Assembly: GCA_003344405.1 (NCBI GenBank)
Contig: NOWV01000118.1
Coordinates: 1-64,000 of the forward strand
Origin: Trichoplax sp. H2
Taxonomy: Eukaryota
Length of the DNA stretch: 64,000 nt
Reading direction: 5' to 3'
Shown here: piece after piece, positions 12,977-27,179 of the stretch
How the letters are laid out: the number at the start of each line of letters is the position of its first letter
Position numbering within the stretch: the first letter of the stretch is position 1
Notes under the pieces: model-generated
The model's input: the letters and a program-made list of their open reading frames with translations, nothing else
Told to the model about the DNA's origin: nothing
The model's database searches: none
Made by a program: the position numbers and the translations under genes

Positions 12977-14020
12977 ATGGATTCAATCAATAATTCCGAA
13001 TCGAATGATAATAATTCTCAAGGTAGTATTAACGAGCTCAGTATTGGCAGTTATGTTATATCTTCCATTTTTGCCGTTATAGCTATCTTCTCAGTTATCA
13101 GCAATCTCATGTTTTGTATCATTATATATATGAAGAAATCATCAACCACTAAAGCAGCAGAATATCTATTCTTAAATTTGGCTATTGCCGACATGATGGC
13201 AGGTCTATTGATGATCATTTTACCTGGTTTTGTGATACCCAAGCCTATTTTTCCATATCCTCATTTTGGACTTGAGTTATTCTGTCGTTTGGTCTCCTCC
13301 AATAGCTTTTTCTTTATGTTAGGTTTTGTCTCTGTATGGACACTACTAGCTATATGTATCGATCGTTGGTATGCTATTGCTAGACCGTTTTATTATAAAG
13401 AGTTTTGTACTAAAAAGCGAGCATTGATGGTTATTTTAATCATATGGTTTGCTAATATTGGCTTAGCAACGGATAATGCCTTAAATTTAACTGCTAGTCC
13501 CAATGGTTCTTATTGCGTAAGAACTTACTTTTTTAAAGGAAAGGATAAGAAAATTTTAGTCACTGTACTGGAAGTGATTCGTATCTTTATACCTAGTTTA
13601 ATAATTGTTGCTATTTATGCTAATATAGGGTGGCGATTACTTTACTCAAGTCATCGTGAAAGAAATAACAGTAGTAGTGGCAATCACGTTCATTATTGCA
13701 AACGTGATATTACTATTCGCAAGCAAGTAACAATCATGAGTTGTATAGCCGCAATAACTTTCTTAGTTTGTTGGTTACCTAATGAAATTTTTTATACCGT
13801 AACATTATATGAGCCACAATGGCAGACCAATCATACTGCACGGCGTATTACTAAAATACTCATGGCACTTAATTCAATGCTTAATCCATTAATCTATGCC
13901 GTCTCTAATAAATACTATCGTCAAGGATTTCTGGAATTATTCCGCTGTCAAGCTCTTAAGAAGAAAAGAACTTCATCATCCTTTACGAATAACACTTATG
14001 TGGTTAAACTATTTGAATGA
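12977..14020 (+). CDS. Intronless rhodopsin-class (family A) GPCR, orphan
   Basis: Seven hydrophobic segments; SN in TM1, NLAIAD in TM2, Cys at start of TM3, DRW, CWLP, NPLIY; first ATG at 12977. Confidence 0.95.
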   Translation: MDSINNSESNDNNSQGSINELSIGSYVISSIFAVIAIFSVISNLMFCIIIYMKKSSTTKAAEYLFLNLAIADMMAGLLMIILPGFVIPKPIFPYPHFGLELFCRLVSSNSFFFMLGFVSVWTLLAICIDRWYAIARPFYYKEFCTKKRALMVILIIWFANIGLATDNALNLTASPNGSYCVRTYFFKGKDKKILVTVLEVIRIFIPSLIIVAIYANIGWRLLYSSHRERNNSSSGNHVHYCKRDITIRKQVTIMSCIAAITFLVCWLPNEIFYTVTLYEPQWQTNHTARRITKILMALNSMLNPLIYAVSNKYYRQGFLELFRCQALKKKRTSSSFTNNTYVVKLFE

Positions 14021-15229
14021 AGGAGCAATTCCTTAAGGAAATGGTATAGGTATATAGAATAGGATTATCCGGCTACAAGTACTTGAACAATAAATAAGTC
14101 TGATAATAAAATAGATTTTTTGGTTGACTCTATTATATCGTTGACGTTCTTTACTATAGAAAATAGATCCTATAGCCACTATGCATGACTAAAAAGATCA
14201 TGCTGGTTAGTTATTATTCAGTTATTGATGAATATATTAATCGATTTGATTTCACCTACCTCATATCCTTTGCATCAATAAGAGGAAAAGATATGAATCG
14301 AGAAAGACTCATAAGTTTCCGTCATGGTTTGAACCCGTGGTAAAGAGTGGGTTAACTATAATCTTCATTATTTTTTAATGAGATTCTTCAATTCGGTCAT
14401 ATATCTATCCTAATATCGGATGGAATTAAAAATTTTTATTCGACCCTTAAAAATAAGCCGCACAGACTTATAAAGGCAAAATTAATTTACGTTTACGATG
14501 GCTCAGTTAATTTAAAGACTTCCATGTGCATAAACAACTTAAAAATGATTTTATTGTTAATCTATTATTATTATTATTACGATTATGAATAGTGTAACAG
14601 TACAATTATAGCGGAGACTAATTTAATTTTCTTCACTAATCTTTAATGGACTTCTAAAGATTGGTACGTGTTCTAGCGGATATTGATTTAATCATTTTGT
14701 CAATTTAACTCTGATTTACTTAATCATATTTCCCAAGTTGATCACACTCGATGTATTAAATTCTCTCTCGTTCTCTCTCTCTATATATATGAATCAACTT
14801 TAAAATGCATAGTATAGGTACATATTATCAAGAAAGATAAAGATTAATTGCAATTATATTATTACAACTTATCTATTTATGGAATATTTTTTACTCTAGA
14901 TTTCAATAGAAATATTCCATTCGACTTGATACTGTAATAAATAGTTCCTTTCAGTAAATGATCCTCACGCCATATTTCTCATCGCATAATATGGCATTCT
15001 CTATTTAAGTGTGTTTTGACCTATAGGAAAAGAATTGATAATTAAACTGGTTGATTTGCTAACATACAAATAATAAAGAATTCATTTCAACGTTGTAATA
15101 GAAATAAATATATGTATATGGTATCGATCAAAATTTTACGAAGGCAACTGATAGGTAGCATCAATTAAATCGTTATTACAAAATAGCTTTGGAACAAGAT
15201 AACGTAATTTACGATCAATAAGTCGATTC

Positions 15230-15600
15230 CCTGAACCACATATCAGGGAGTAATACCTACCCTATCAGGAACACTTTTCCTATACTAGCAGACAACACAA
15301 AGACTTGGACCCCTCGTATTTTACGTTAAACACTAATCTTAAGAACTCTCTTTATTATACGATATACTGCATTTATATACTCTTTTTGCAATAGTTAGAC
15401 ATCCTAGTTAGTAATATTAAAGTTGAAATCTTCTAATGAATCAAAAGCTAATTTTATGTACTGGTGCCTAATGGAGATAGCAGTATTTACGAACATAGAA
15501 ATCTAATGACTAACGCAAAATAGTCAGGTTACAATATGTTCCATTATGGAACATTTTCATGATAATCTACAATATACCATAAGTAAGTTACAATTACATA
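15230..15600. repeat. Family B partial copy (inverted right half)
   Basis: cctgaaccacatatcaggga...tactagcagacaacacaaagacttggacccctcgtattttacgttaaacac matches the reverse complement of ~4980-5342. Confidence 0.75.
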
Positions 15601-18600
15601 AGGGTAAACCAATAAAATTATCTTAACGTAGATACTTCTGCTCTAATCTCGATATTACAGTGTGTAACACTATAACAATCGGATTCTATGCAGTGTCAGT
15701 ACTCAGGAAATCAATAACCTGTATATTATATATTATAATCCTCAACTCTTACGGCTAGTTTACTTAATAGCTTATTCAAAATGTATTATAGGTACCAGTT
15801 TCTTGATTTAAACAAGAATTTTTATTAGCGATTGATAATTTTTTAAATCAAGAATGGATTGATAACGTAAATAAGAATTCACCCGTATACTATTTGCTAA
15901 TTCGTAATAAACTTATATACCTTCGATCCCCAACATGAAGTGATAAAAGGTTTAGACACTTACTCTATTTCATCTATAGCACCAGCTAAAATCTATAATA
16001 GTATCCTGATAATTATTCTTAATAGTGAGTATGATATTAAATAAAATTGTAGAAAATTTTTCTGCCTAACATCACATCAATGTCGTACACTCTGGTTTGA
16101 TAATATCCTTCCTTTCATTCTATTCGTATATTTGAAGAAATTTTCAACACGTATTAAATAGCTATTTAATGGTATCTGTTGTTAAGTTTAAGTACCATAA
16201 CTTGATTTTTATTTGCCATAGAATTTTTAGTAATATATCCTACGATTTTCATTACGTCCGTAGCTAATTTTAGAAATTTGACATTTCTTGTTGATTGTCA
16301 CATCATGCTTACCAAAATCATTTCCTCATCGATGTAGTCGATTATTCAATATTGAATAATACAGTTTCTGGTCAGAGATTTTGCTATCTCCATTTATCTA
16401 AAAGTCTTTCTCGAAGAATGATTTTTTTCCATTCTTTTCATCACATTACCTTACAGGTTCAGTCATTCCAATCAATATTTAATTTAATTTGGGAAGTCTT
16501 TTCAATTCGTTTGTAGTTAGATCATCGCTTGTTTTATTTATGAGTGAATTTTATTACCATTTTCTTGATTATTACTCACGATGTCTGTATCTACACTTAT
16601 AGTTATTATTATTAATTTTGCTTATTCAATTGCCTCAACTTGGTTATCTGATTACTGAGATATAGTTAATTAGGAAAAGCATTTTTAGTTAGTTTTATAA
16701 ATAACCTACAATGGCCAGGAATTATTTCTATAGCCATCTTTGTGATTAACGTCGTCACTTGGTAAAGTTGAGTACTATCATTTGGGAATGGTGTTTATTT
16801 TCTTATTTTCTATTGGAAATAGACAATTTCATCGATACTTAATGTCTTTATTTGATTTTATTAATCAATCAGAAAGCCGTTTGAAATTTTTTAAGTTATA
16901 ATTCAATCTGTAGTAAAGATAAATCAAAGCTATATATAAAGCCAACTTTTAATGCCAATTTCTTGGATTTTATCTCCTGATCGAACTAGCATTGGTCATA
17001 TATGTAACTGGAAATTTATCTCTCAATTAATATTTGTCACAAACGTATTATTAGAATTCTCCTCTTTATAATAGAATTAGCTACATAGAAGTCTCTTCAT
17101 GACATAATATACTCGTAAATCTAATGATAAAAATTAAAGCGTAAATCGTAGGTTAGTGCATAATATGCTTTAGCTATTCTAATAATTGACTGTTAACGCA
17201 AGGAAATGTCAAATTTACCTTTCTTCGATCTCAGTACAGTAAATACAGACATCAAAAGGTTGATATTCACCAATATAGAATTATTTTTATAATTAGTTGA
17301 AAATTAAGGATAAAATCTGTAATATTAGCAGCTAAAAGCCTCATAATATTAAATCTATTATAAAGGTAAGGATTGTAATGCTAGTTAGGCAGTAAATCTA
17401 CATCTCTAGCCAAAAACTCATTAAGCTTAATAGTTGGCGACTGAAATCCACGGAATTGATTATAAGCAGATCACACTGTATGATCATGCTTGTTAAAGAG
17501 TAATAAAATATTTGTGTAGTTATAGTTAACTAAAACAGTAGATTTTGGAAAAATCGATGAAAAGGGCTCATAACTATTTTTAAATATAATGGATTGTTAA
17601 TTTTCCGGCATTCAGTGCTTCGCCTAACTGGAGTCATCTTAGCCAAGATATTATAACCTGTAATGAAAGCCAATTAATAAACAGAGCATCAAATCATACC
17701 AAAATGAGCTAACAGTCTAAAGTAGTTCAACAATTTTATACTTCAAAGTCTGTGAAGGTAGCAAAGTTACCAATTATGAATTTCGTTCCTTTAATATATT
17801 GGCATTGGTAACCGAAAATTATACTGTAACATTGCGAATATAATCCTTTAAAGAATTAGTGTTACAAATAAACCAGACACTTTCGTTGCTTAAGCTTCGA
17901 TTAACCAGCTTAACATGAATCAATGCCCAGCGTTGAGACCAATAATACGGGTATCAATATTTCCTTTATAAGATGATTTTCTAAGCCATATTTTTTATTA
18001 CTTTAAGGCAAATAATATAAATAATCATTCAGCCTCTAAAGACAGCATATTTAATCATGCTATGATTGTAATATTACCATGCTTATTCTTAATTTTTAAT
18101 CTACCGTTGCCAATCTACTGTAGCTGCATTTGATGTATTATCTCTTAATTCTATTTATGTATTTAATGTTAAATGATTTAAGCTGCTTTTCAATTTACTT
18201 GCATTTTAGCCTGATCTGATGTTATCTTGACTTGTTTTGTCTACTAATATAAATTTTAATTCACTCACAGAGTAATAGACTTGGTACTTATTCCTTATGG
18301 ACATATTTCGCCATGAGCTCTCGTATTACAATGTGAAATTTTATTTTGTTAAGTTGTGAGTATTAGGCATGATTCCTTTTCATCATAAAGCGCTGCGATA
18401 TTTTCTATTCGATCAATTAATATTTCACTAGACTTATTGCTATCAAGGGATAATTCTATGCGTATAAGTATAAAAGGCATCCTGCTATTTTCAATTTTGG
18501 TATATTACACCGTATTTACTAACATTCTGTAATTCTTATTTCGTTCTGCTATCTAAAATTTATAGTTTCAGAAGTTACCATCAAAGCGAAGAATCGATTG

Positions 18601-20014
18601 AACTAATTATTATTGGTCAGTGAGTATAGATTGATGAAGATATGCTTAATTTCAGTTGATTATAATACGTACAGTACATGAGTCAAAAATACAGAGTGCA
18701 CATTTCTAATACGAACATACAAGTCGACCAGTATAATATAAACTACATGGTTAAAACATCTGTAATATTCTTCTTCCACTTCAATATAGTGCAACGGTTG
18801 AGGACTAGACTAATAGACGGTGATGCGTTAGAATCTAATTTGTGGAGATTACAGTCTATTAAAGGTTTTTAACGAAATATAATTTTATTAATTTTTTTAA
18901 TTATCAAAATTAAAAAATGCTATTAAATTTTGTGATCATTAATTAAGATATCGCAGCGATACATCTGGCTTATATAATTTATGATCTATGAATACATTAT
19001 AGATTTTTATTCTAATAAGCTATATCTTTAGGCAAACAACTTAATGAAGCGTAATCTAATAAATATAAGTTATGGGTCTTAAATCAAGCATTTTTGGTCT
19101 ATTGTGGTGACAGTTGATATCGGTTACAGAGCACGCTGCAAGAGTTAGGCTTGCATTGAAAAAATGAAAGGCTCCGACTGTAGGCAGTTATTCTTTTCGC
19201 GTCATCTTATCTGTCGTTTAACTCGTAATTAATCACAATCTCCTATTCCTAGAAAGCCAAAGCTCATTATTTCTCTGTTTCAACTATAAGACCCATAGCT
19301 TTTTAAGAACGAGCTAAACTTTACTTTCGCTTTGTAAAATTAATTTGTTGTAATTGAATAATATAACAGAATATCCTATTATCCATATTAATTTGCATAA
19401 AAAATAGATAGGTGTCAGCTCATTGCAAGCAGAGTTATTTAATGATAATTATGCTGCAGTTATCAGATAAATTTTATTCCATCGTAGAGCAATAATTAAA
19501 TACCGTAAAGTAATATAAAGTTAGTACTTACCCTAATAATATCGCTTCTGCATATACTGTATCTACTTTACTAATTTTTAAAAACAAAGCTTCAAATTTA
19601 AAACGGTATTCAATTTGCTCTTTAGAATGAAATATTTAAAATTACAAGTTTTAATTCAATTTTTGCAGCCGTGAGCTACCGTAAAGAGTTAAATAACTAA
19701 ATTTAGTGAATTAACATTTATATATGGTGATAACTATTATTTACAGTAAGAATCACGGTTGTTATTATTTTATTATAGTAAATTATGCAGTACTGTAGTA
19801 AGGGTCCTTATATATTATCTGATGCTAAATTAATGAAAGTGCTATGTCTTGTAACGCTTGAGATTAATATTCTGAAGATATTCACATATAGATGATACCA
19901 TAATTAATTCTGTGAATGGACATACTGTAGCTTAATTATATAGAATCATTCTGTACATGTCTACGATTATGAATATTTTCTGCATTAATTTAGGTATTCA
20001 ATATGAACTAAACT

Positions 20015-20225
20015 TCATAGCCTTACGATGACTCATTTATGATAGCTGCTGCTGAAGAATAATTAAGCTCGGCAAATAGCTGAATAAAATAGGAATTCTC
20101 TAGTCATTTAACGTAGAAGTAAAGGTGTCTAAATTCTTGCCTGATAGTTAAAGGATACTGAATCCAGGAGACTTAAGTAATTTAGAGATTTGTTTTACGT
20201 TATCCTTTTCACGAAGCTGTTTTAG
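20015..20225. repeat. Family B partial copy (inverted left arm)
   Basis: gatgactcatt...tttaacgtagaagtaaaggtgtctaaattcttg...ggatactgaatcc...atttagagatttgttttacgttatcctt matches the reverse complement of 4398-4585. Confidence 0.75.
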
Positions 20226-21896
20226 GATAAGCTGACATACATAATTTTGGTAAAATTTTAAAGTTCGATCATTAAATGGTATACGTATATTTTCTAGCTG
20301 TATGCATTTACTACTTGATATCTTGGTATCTAGTTGGTAGATTTACTTTAATGGAAAAGTTAGCTTCGATCTATTCTCAACTCTGTTGTTTATCAACTTA
20401 TTAGCTAATTCTTATACACCATAGTAATGGATGCGATGGACAGATTATTGTTGATTTCTGTTATTTCTAAGCTTTCGAATAATATACACTTTGTATGATT
20501 TAACAACTTCAAATGTTGCTGTTATATTAGCAGGAACAAAACGGTTAATAAAATTTCTAGCTTAGTATAGTTTTATTAAACGACAATTATCCTCGTAAAG
20601 TAAATATTCTGCAACTATCATAAAATATTTAATTGAATTGGTCCAATAAAACATTTTTTGCATCATAATAATACTTTGAATCATAATAAAATATTCAATT
20701 ATGTATTAAGCAATTTCGACTTATCTTTTATTTATATACTAAGTAACCCAAAATTATATGTTCGAACTATAGATATTAATATTACCATTGAATAATAATG
20801 CAACATACATTTTAAAAAATCCTTTTAACGTTTATGATAATTTAACCTATCAATACACAGTTTATTCAATCTTTAATTTTTTTTCAAAAATGCACAAAGA
20901 AGATATATAAAATAACTAATGTTAAATACAAATCTAAAACTATTTTTAAATATCAATGAATCTGTAAGTGGGAGGAAGCTAAAAAGAAAAAGGATGTCAG
21001 AAAAAATAATATTTCTACGAAATACTTTTATGATGGATGGTTAATTGACATACACGTTTACGATTGATCGATTGCTACTACGAACGAACAAATAGTTTAG
21101 ATGCGTTATTTCATCATCATGTCAGCTACTATTTATTAATACTTTATTTTAAATATTTATTACGACTGTAGATAGGTAAATTAAGGCACAATTAATTCTT
21201 AATTCTTAGCGAACTACTTGTTAATAAAAATATCTTTGTAACTTAAAAAACTAACGATAGTCTACCTTATGACACATCATGAAGGTTTTCGTTGAAAATT
21301 ATTAGTAAAAATTATATTTACGCTTACTAATTATATTATTAATAATAATAATCATATAGCGGCAATAATATAAGAGCGATCAGTATAAAATTGTACTTTT
21401 AGTTTTAATATTTTAATATCAGAAACATGTATAATTTATTTATATCTGACGTAGTCGATATTTAATTGATCATATTAATACAATATTTTATTAATATATT
21501 TATATGATTAGGCAATCGGGAAATAAAGAAGTGAATAGATGATAATTCACGTAAATATAATTAGATATCTGAACTTACATCCATATTAATTTCTTATCGA
21601 TTATGCAGGATTATGTAGGATCGCTTTTCTAGAGACAGTTCATTGACGACTGATCTTTGTCTAGGTAAAAAGTTAATAAAATTAAGGTTATCAGAAATAA
21701 AACTATCAAAGAAAAGGTAATTTCCATGCTTGCAACTTTATTGCTTATCGATAAAAATAGGATAATAAGTATTGGCAGAATAATTTTTTCTCATTTCAAA
21801 TGCGCAATGGCTGTTTGATTTGATCCATCAGATAAATTGCCTTCCATGATATTTTTGAAATCTTCCTAGTTTTAATTGAAGACATAGCAGATAATA

Positions 21897-22997
21897 ATGA
21901 GTTTATACTCGTACAACAACTCTACTGAATTAGGTAATGGTACTCAAAGTGAAAATAACGTATCAAATGCTGGCCAATATATTATTTCTTCAGCTTATGT
22001 ACTTATAGCTGTCGTCTCAGTTGTATCCAATTCAATGTTTTGCATCATCCTTTACAAGAAGAAATCACCAACTGCAAAAGCTACTGAATATCTGTTTCTG
22101 AATTTAGCTGCTACTGATATGCTGAGCGGTATATTACTGATTGTTGTACCGGGTTTTGTTATACCAATACCCGATTATCCAATCCCTCATGTTGGCCTTG
22201 AATTATTTTGTCGCTTGATTTGGTCAAATGCACTATTTTTTATGCTAGGTTTTATCTCAGTATGGACATTATTAGCTATCTGTGTCGATCGATGGTTTGC
22301 CATTGCTATGCCGTTTTCTTATAAGGAAATTTGTACGAAGAGAAAAGCGTTAATCACTATCATAATAATATGGATCGCTAATATTGGGCTTGCCATGGAT
22401 AATTTCCTAGATAGAACTGCTGGTCCTAATGGTACGAAATGTGTATTTTTTATATGGGTAAACCCCGCCGATAAAGCAGCCGTTGTAACAGCGCTCCAAG
22501 TCGTTCGTATATTTATACCAAGTCTCCTTATTGCGGTTGTTTATCTAGATATTGGACGTCGAATACTTCATTCTAGCTATCGAAAAAAGGTACGAGTTGA
22601 ACCCCCCAAAAATACTATTATTCGCAGTTCTCAACGTGATGCGCTTATTCGCAAACAAGTAACAGTCATGAGTTTTATAGCTGCCGTTGTTTTCTTAATT
22701 TGTTGGTTACCGAATGAAATTTATTACACCATGGCAATACACGATCCAAGATTGTTTAAAAATATTACAATTCGTCGTATTACTAAATTATTGACAGGAC
22801 TTAATTCAACTCTAAATCCATTAATCTATGCAATCTCCAACAAATATTATCGTGAGGGATTTATAGAATTACTCCGTTGTCGAATAACTGTTACTTTAAA
22901 TCGAGTTTCGATACTACCGTCATCATTTGCTAATAATTCACACATTAATACTGTCGTAAAGGCATGGGAAAAAGAAAGTGACTTTACGTTATCATAA
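21897..22997 (+). CDS. Intronless rhodopsin-class GPCR, paralogue of 12977-14020
   Basis: Same motifs (NLAATD, GLELFCRL, DRW, RIFIPSL, CWLPNEI, NPLIYA) and obviously collinear with the first receptor. Confidence 0.95.
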   Translation: MSLYSYNNSTELGNGTQSENNVSNAGQYIISSAYVLIAVVSVVSNSMFCIILYKKKSPTAKATEYLFLNLAATDMLSGILLIVVPGFVIPIPDYPIPHVGLELFCRLIWSNALFFMLGFISVWTLLAICVDRWFAIAMPFSYKEICTKRKALITIIIIWIANIGLAMDNFLDRTAGPNGTKCVFFIWVNPADKAAVVTALQVVRIFIPSLLIAVVYLDIGRRILHSSYRKKVRVEPPKNTIIRSSQRDALIRKQVTVMSFIAAVVFLICWLPNEIYYTMAIHDPRLFKNITIRRITKLLTGLNSTLNPLIYAISNKYYREGFIELLRCRITVTLNRVSILPSSFANNSHINTVVKAWEKESDFTLS

Positions 22998-25847
22998 TAT
23001 TCATAATGCAAGATCATCTCCTTATAAGTAAAAATTATTAATAGTGACTCATTATTAATTAGTGGAATTATGGAATGCACTATGAGTACACAATTGCCAT
23101 CTTTAGCTATTAAGACTATATTCTTTAAGCTCTAAGAGTGATGGAGAAGATTTGCCGAAACTTTATTAAGGTGTTGACGTCATGAAAATAATACAACGCA
23201 ATGGTTTTTCCTTTCTCATCCTTACATTCTAAGTGGCAATGACATAAAAATGAAAATCAACTCAATTTAGTAAAACGTTCAGTTTTATTACGCTATTGAG
23301 GTATAATATTAAATATGCGAATTTCAACGATTATTACTTTCGCCAGAGATTACTCTGTTTAATTTATTTTATTCTGCTTGTGATATATCTTTATAACTTT
23401 GTTTCTCCCTCCCTTTCTTGCACATATCCGCTTATCCTCTATATCAATACATAATTCTAATTAGAGTTCAACAGTGATATTGAACCCTTAATAATATGCA
23501 TTGTAAGACTTAGAAAAGTAAGCGGGTTATGTTTTCTATATCCATTTAATTGTTGACTGTTATAAGAATGAATTACTTAAAAGCTATTTATTGTTATCAT
23601 GCGATTGATTATTATAGTTAATTTTAACAATATCATGCTAGTAATCTAATCATATCGTTCTTGCTAAGCTATTTTCACTTTCTTTTATAATCTTTAACCT
23701 ATTCTTACAGATTGATGGGTGTTCAAATAGATGCTGATTTACCATTAATAACTTTAATAGTTTTAGTCAAGTATACGTATGCTCATAGATTAAAAGTTCA
23801 TTATTATCTACCTACTAACGTACTTTTTCTCTCTTTGTCTCTTCCCGGAGCCTAGCCGGTATGCCGTATAAATTATTTTAAGGCTGTTTCGATGTTTCAT
23901 CCTTAACTGTAATGGCATAGTAATATAAGGAAGCGTATACTTTACAATTAATAAAACATGGATAAATTATCATCTTACCACTCATTACTTATTTAAAGAA
24001 TATAAAACTGTCAATAATAAATGTTCTATTGAATATATCATTCTATAGTTTACAAGTTACTGTTATATATTGTATCTACAGCTATATGCCTTATTTTATC
24101 ATCTATAAGCTGTAAATATAACTTCTATATTATTGTTTTGGTGGATTTATAGTACTAACTAAAGTCTTTACTAGTGTTCCTATAAATAATTAATAATTAA
24201 TATTAGCATGGTGTTATGGTCTGTCGTATTATTCTGATAACTAATTGTTAATAATATAACTAACGTAATATTCTATTCCATGAAATTTTTCTTATACATT
24301 ATCAATAATAAGTTTGTTATGATTAGAAATAGTTTTGCCTGTCCTTTATTATACCATGTAAACAGTCATATAAATATCTTGAAATCTGACAAATCAAGTC
24401 ATTTCGATGCATTATTTGATGAAGCATCCGCTACAAAACAGAAAAGTCGAACGGATACTGAAAATATGCACGTCGGAAATAGGTTTTTACTTGGTTTAGC
24501 GTACCGGTATCCAAGTAATATATCATATAACTGATTTTCTACGCAGATAATTTAAAAAAATCAGATATTCCTAACGGGTTATAATTTCACATTTGCCCGT
24601 ATTAAATAATTTCTTGTTCTCAAATTATTGATTGGTTATCCAGAATTGAATAAATTGATTATTTATGCCAGATTCTGCTGTTTTCGCAATTATTGTACAC
24701 TCTACAGCAGCATAAGTTATCTATTGCCAAGCTCATTCTATTTCTAGTTTTTTTCCATCCTATTATATTTAGGTATGGTTTTCAATTTTGAATTTAATTT
24801 ACAAAATTCTTTTAATTCACAATTACTAAGCATACTCGTATTCATTTTCTAATACAAAGCCATTCTACTGTATTTTACCATGACACTAATTTACAGAAGC
24901 GTTTATGTGACTCATACAATGCATAGATATATATTATTTTCTCTTCAACTTCCTTCGCTACTACTTGAATCATCAATGTCGTCACGCTTATTAATTGCTA
25001 GTATCATCTCCAATTAGATTATCATGATATTTATGTTATTTTCTTTACAAGTCCCTTCACGACTACTTAAATCGTCAGTATCGTCAAGCTTAAAATAATC
25101 CCTACTATCATTTCCGACTAGGTTATCATACTAAATATATTATTTTCTCCACAACTTCCTTCGCTATTACTTAAATCATCAATATCATCACGCTTATTAG
25201 TCGCTAGTATCATTCCCAATTAGGCTATCATGCTGTATATATTATTTTACCCACGGCTTCCTTCGCTATTACTTGAATTCGTAAATATCGATACACCGTA
25301 TAGTGTCTAATTACGTTATCATACTGTATATATTATTTTCTCCACAACCTCCTTCGCCATTACTTGAATCATCAATATCGTCACAGTTATTAATTACTAG
25401 TATCATATCTTATTAGGCTATTGTACTATATATGCTATTTCTGCTCAATTTCCTTCACTATTACTTAAATCATCAATATCGTCACGCAGTATCATCTCCG
25501 ATTAAGTTAACATACCGGTACTATATAGATAACTTTCTCTACAAATTCTTTCGATATTACTTGAATCATCAATATCGCCACGCTTATTTTATTCGTTAGT
25601 ATCATCTCCAGTTAGGCTATCATACTATATAAATTATTTTTTCCATAAATTCCTTCTCTTTAACCATAAATATATTACTTTCTTCACAACTTTCTTCGCT
25701 ATTACTTATGACATTAATATTGCCACGTAGTATCATCTTCGATTAAGTTTTTATATTGAATATACTAATTTCTCCTTAATTTCCTTCGCGATTTCTTAAA
25801 TCATTCATATTATCACGCAGTATCACCTCCAATTAGTTTATCATACT

Positions 25848-26299
25848 TGTAGTGTATTTAGAGTATACTGTAACTATATTCTACTCTTAAATATAGACAT
25901 GTTGCATTGCTCTTATATTTAAACATCTTCAGTCCGCTTACTTCACATTCATATATAGGCTACTGTATTTAGTTATCACGGTACTCGCCGTTTGCTATAA
26001 TCATCAGCTATGTTGTAACCTGTTATGGTATATGTAGTATCTAATTCTACAATCCTATTCTCTGCATATGCTCTATCTTTAAACTATAAATACCGCCGTT
26101 TTCCACCTCAGAAATCGTTAGTTTCCTGGTTAATTTTCACACGTTACGCACGACAGCTTGCACGCAGGTCTACCGTAACCACCTCACTATGCTTACTTTA
26201 CTACTTAAAATAAAGTATAACTTTTATACAACTTTTGGTGTACTAATTGTAAATGGCAACTATATCTCAATCCTCCGAGATATCGAAGCCTCCATCACA
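25848..26299. mobile_element. Solo-LTR-like element, family D (452 bp), inserted in the tandem array
   Basis: tgtagtgt...ccatcaca termini; TSD atact (25843-25847 / 26300-26304); the array resumes afterwards. Confidence 0.8.
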
Positions 26300-26630
26300 A
26301 TACTATACCTGTATATATTGTTTTCTTCACAACTTTCTTCACTATTACTTAGACAACAATATAGCCATACAGTATCATCTCCGATTAGGTTATCAAACTA
26401 TATATATTATTTTTTCCACAACTTCCTTCGCTACTACTTAGATTATCAATATCGCCATGTAGTATCATCTAAGATAAGGTTATCGTACTATATATTATTT
26501 CCTCCACAATTTTCTTCGTAATTACTTAAATTATTAATATCGTCACGCTTATTAATCGCTAGTATTATCTCTGATTAAGTTATCATACTAAATACATTAT
26601 TTTCTCCACAACTTTCTTCGCTATTACTTA

Positions 26631-27179
26631 GATATATACCAATTACGAGATTCCAAATTTTAGAAAAATAAGGGCTTTATTGAATCTTATACAAAGATTA
26701 ACTACACATAGCTCTACTCTAGCCGAATACTACTACTAAAGACTTCTACAACGAACTAACAGAATAATCTAAAGTTGCATGCTTTTATACTTTTCGTAGC
26801 ATTCGCAGCTGCAATCCGCATAGCAACCTTTTACCTTATATTACACATAGTTAAATTATTCTTAGTAAGACTATTCTACTGCGGACCATCATTAATCCAA
26901 TATGGATACGACTACAGTACTTACGTAGACATCATTCACACTAGCCAAAGTACAATGAATTAACCATATCCTAATATATGATTTACAGTTCTATTTTTAC
27001 CTATAGCCTTATTAGTAACTCAACAGCTTACTGTACATAGTCATCTGTACTCTAACATAGAGTCTCTACCACTACAGTCTATAGTTATAGCTACCAAATA
27101 TCTCTTAGGATAAATATCTACCATACATTATACTAAACATGGCTAACTGTCTACAATCACTATACTAAGTTACATTACA
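26631..27179. mobile_element. Family A copy in opposite orientation, inserted in the tandem array
   Basis: Reverse complement of 11242-11793; ttaga on both sides, with the terminal tgt lost at the left junction. Confidence 0.88.

Noticed and set aside
13840-13900. TM7 lysine suggesting an opsin
   Set aside because: The Lys is 10 residues before the N of NPxxY, not 6. The retinal-binding position is Ala/Gly in both receptors.
14305-14360. B-box-like ggttcaaacc on the minus strand (tRNA/SINE?)
   Set aside because: No cloverleaf or A box could be built.
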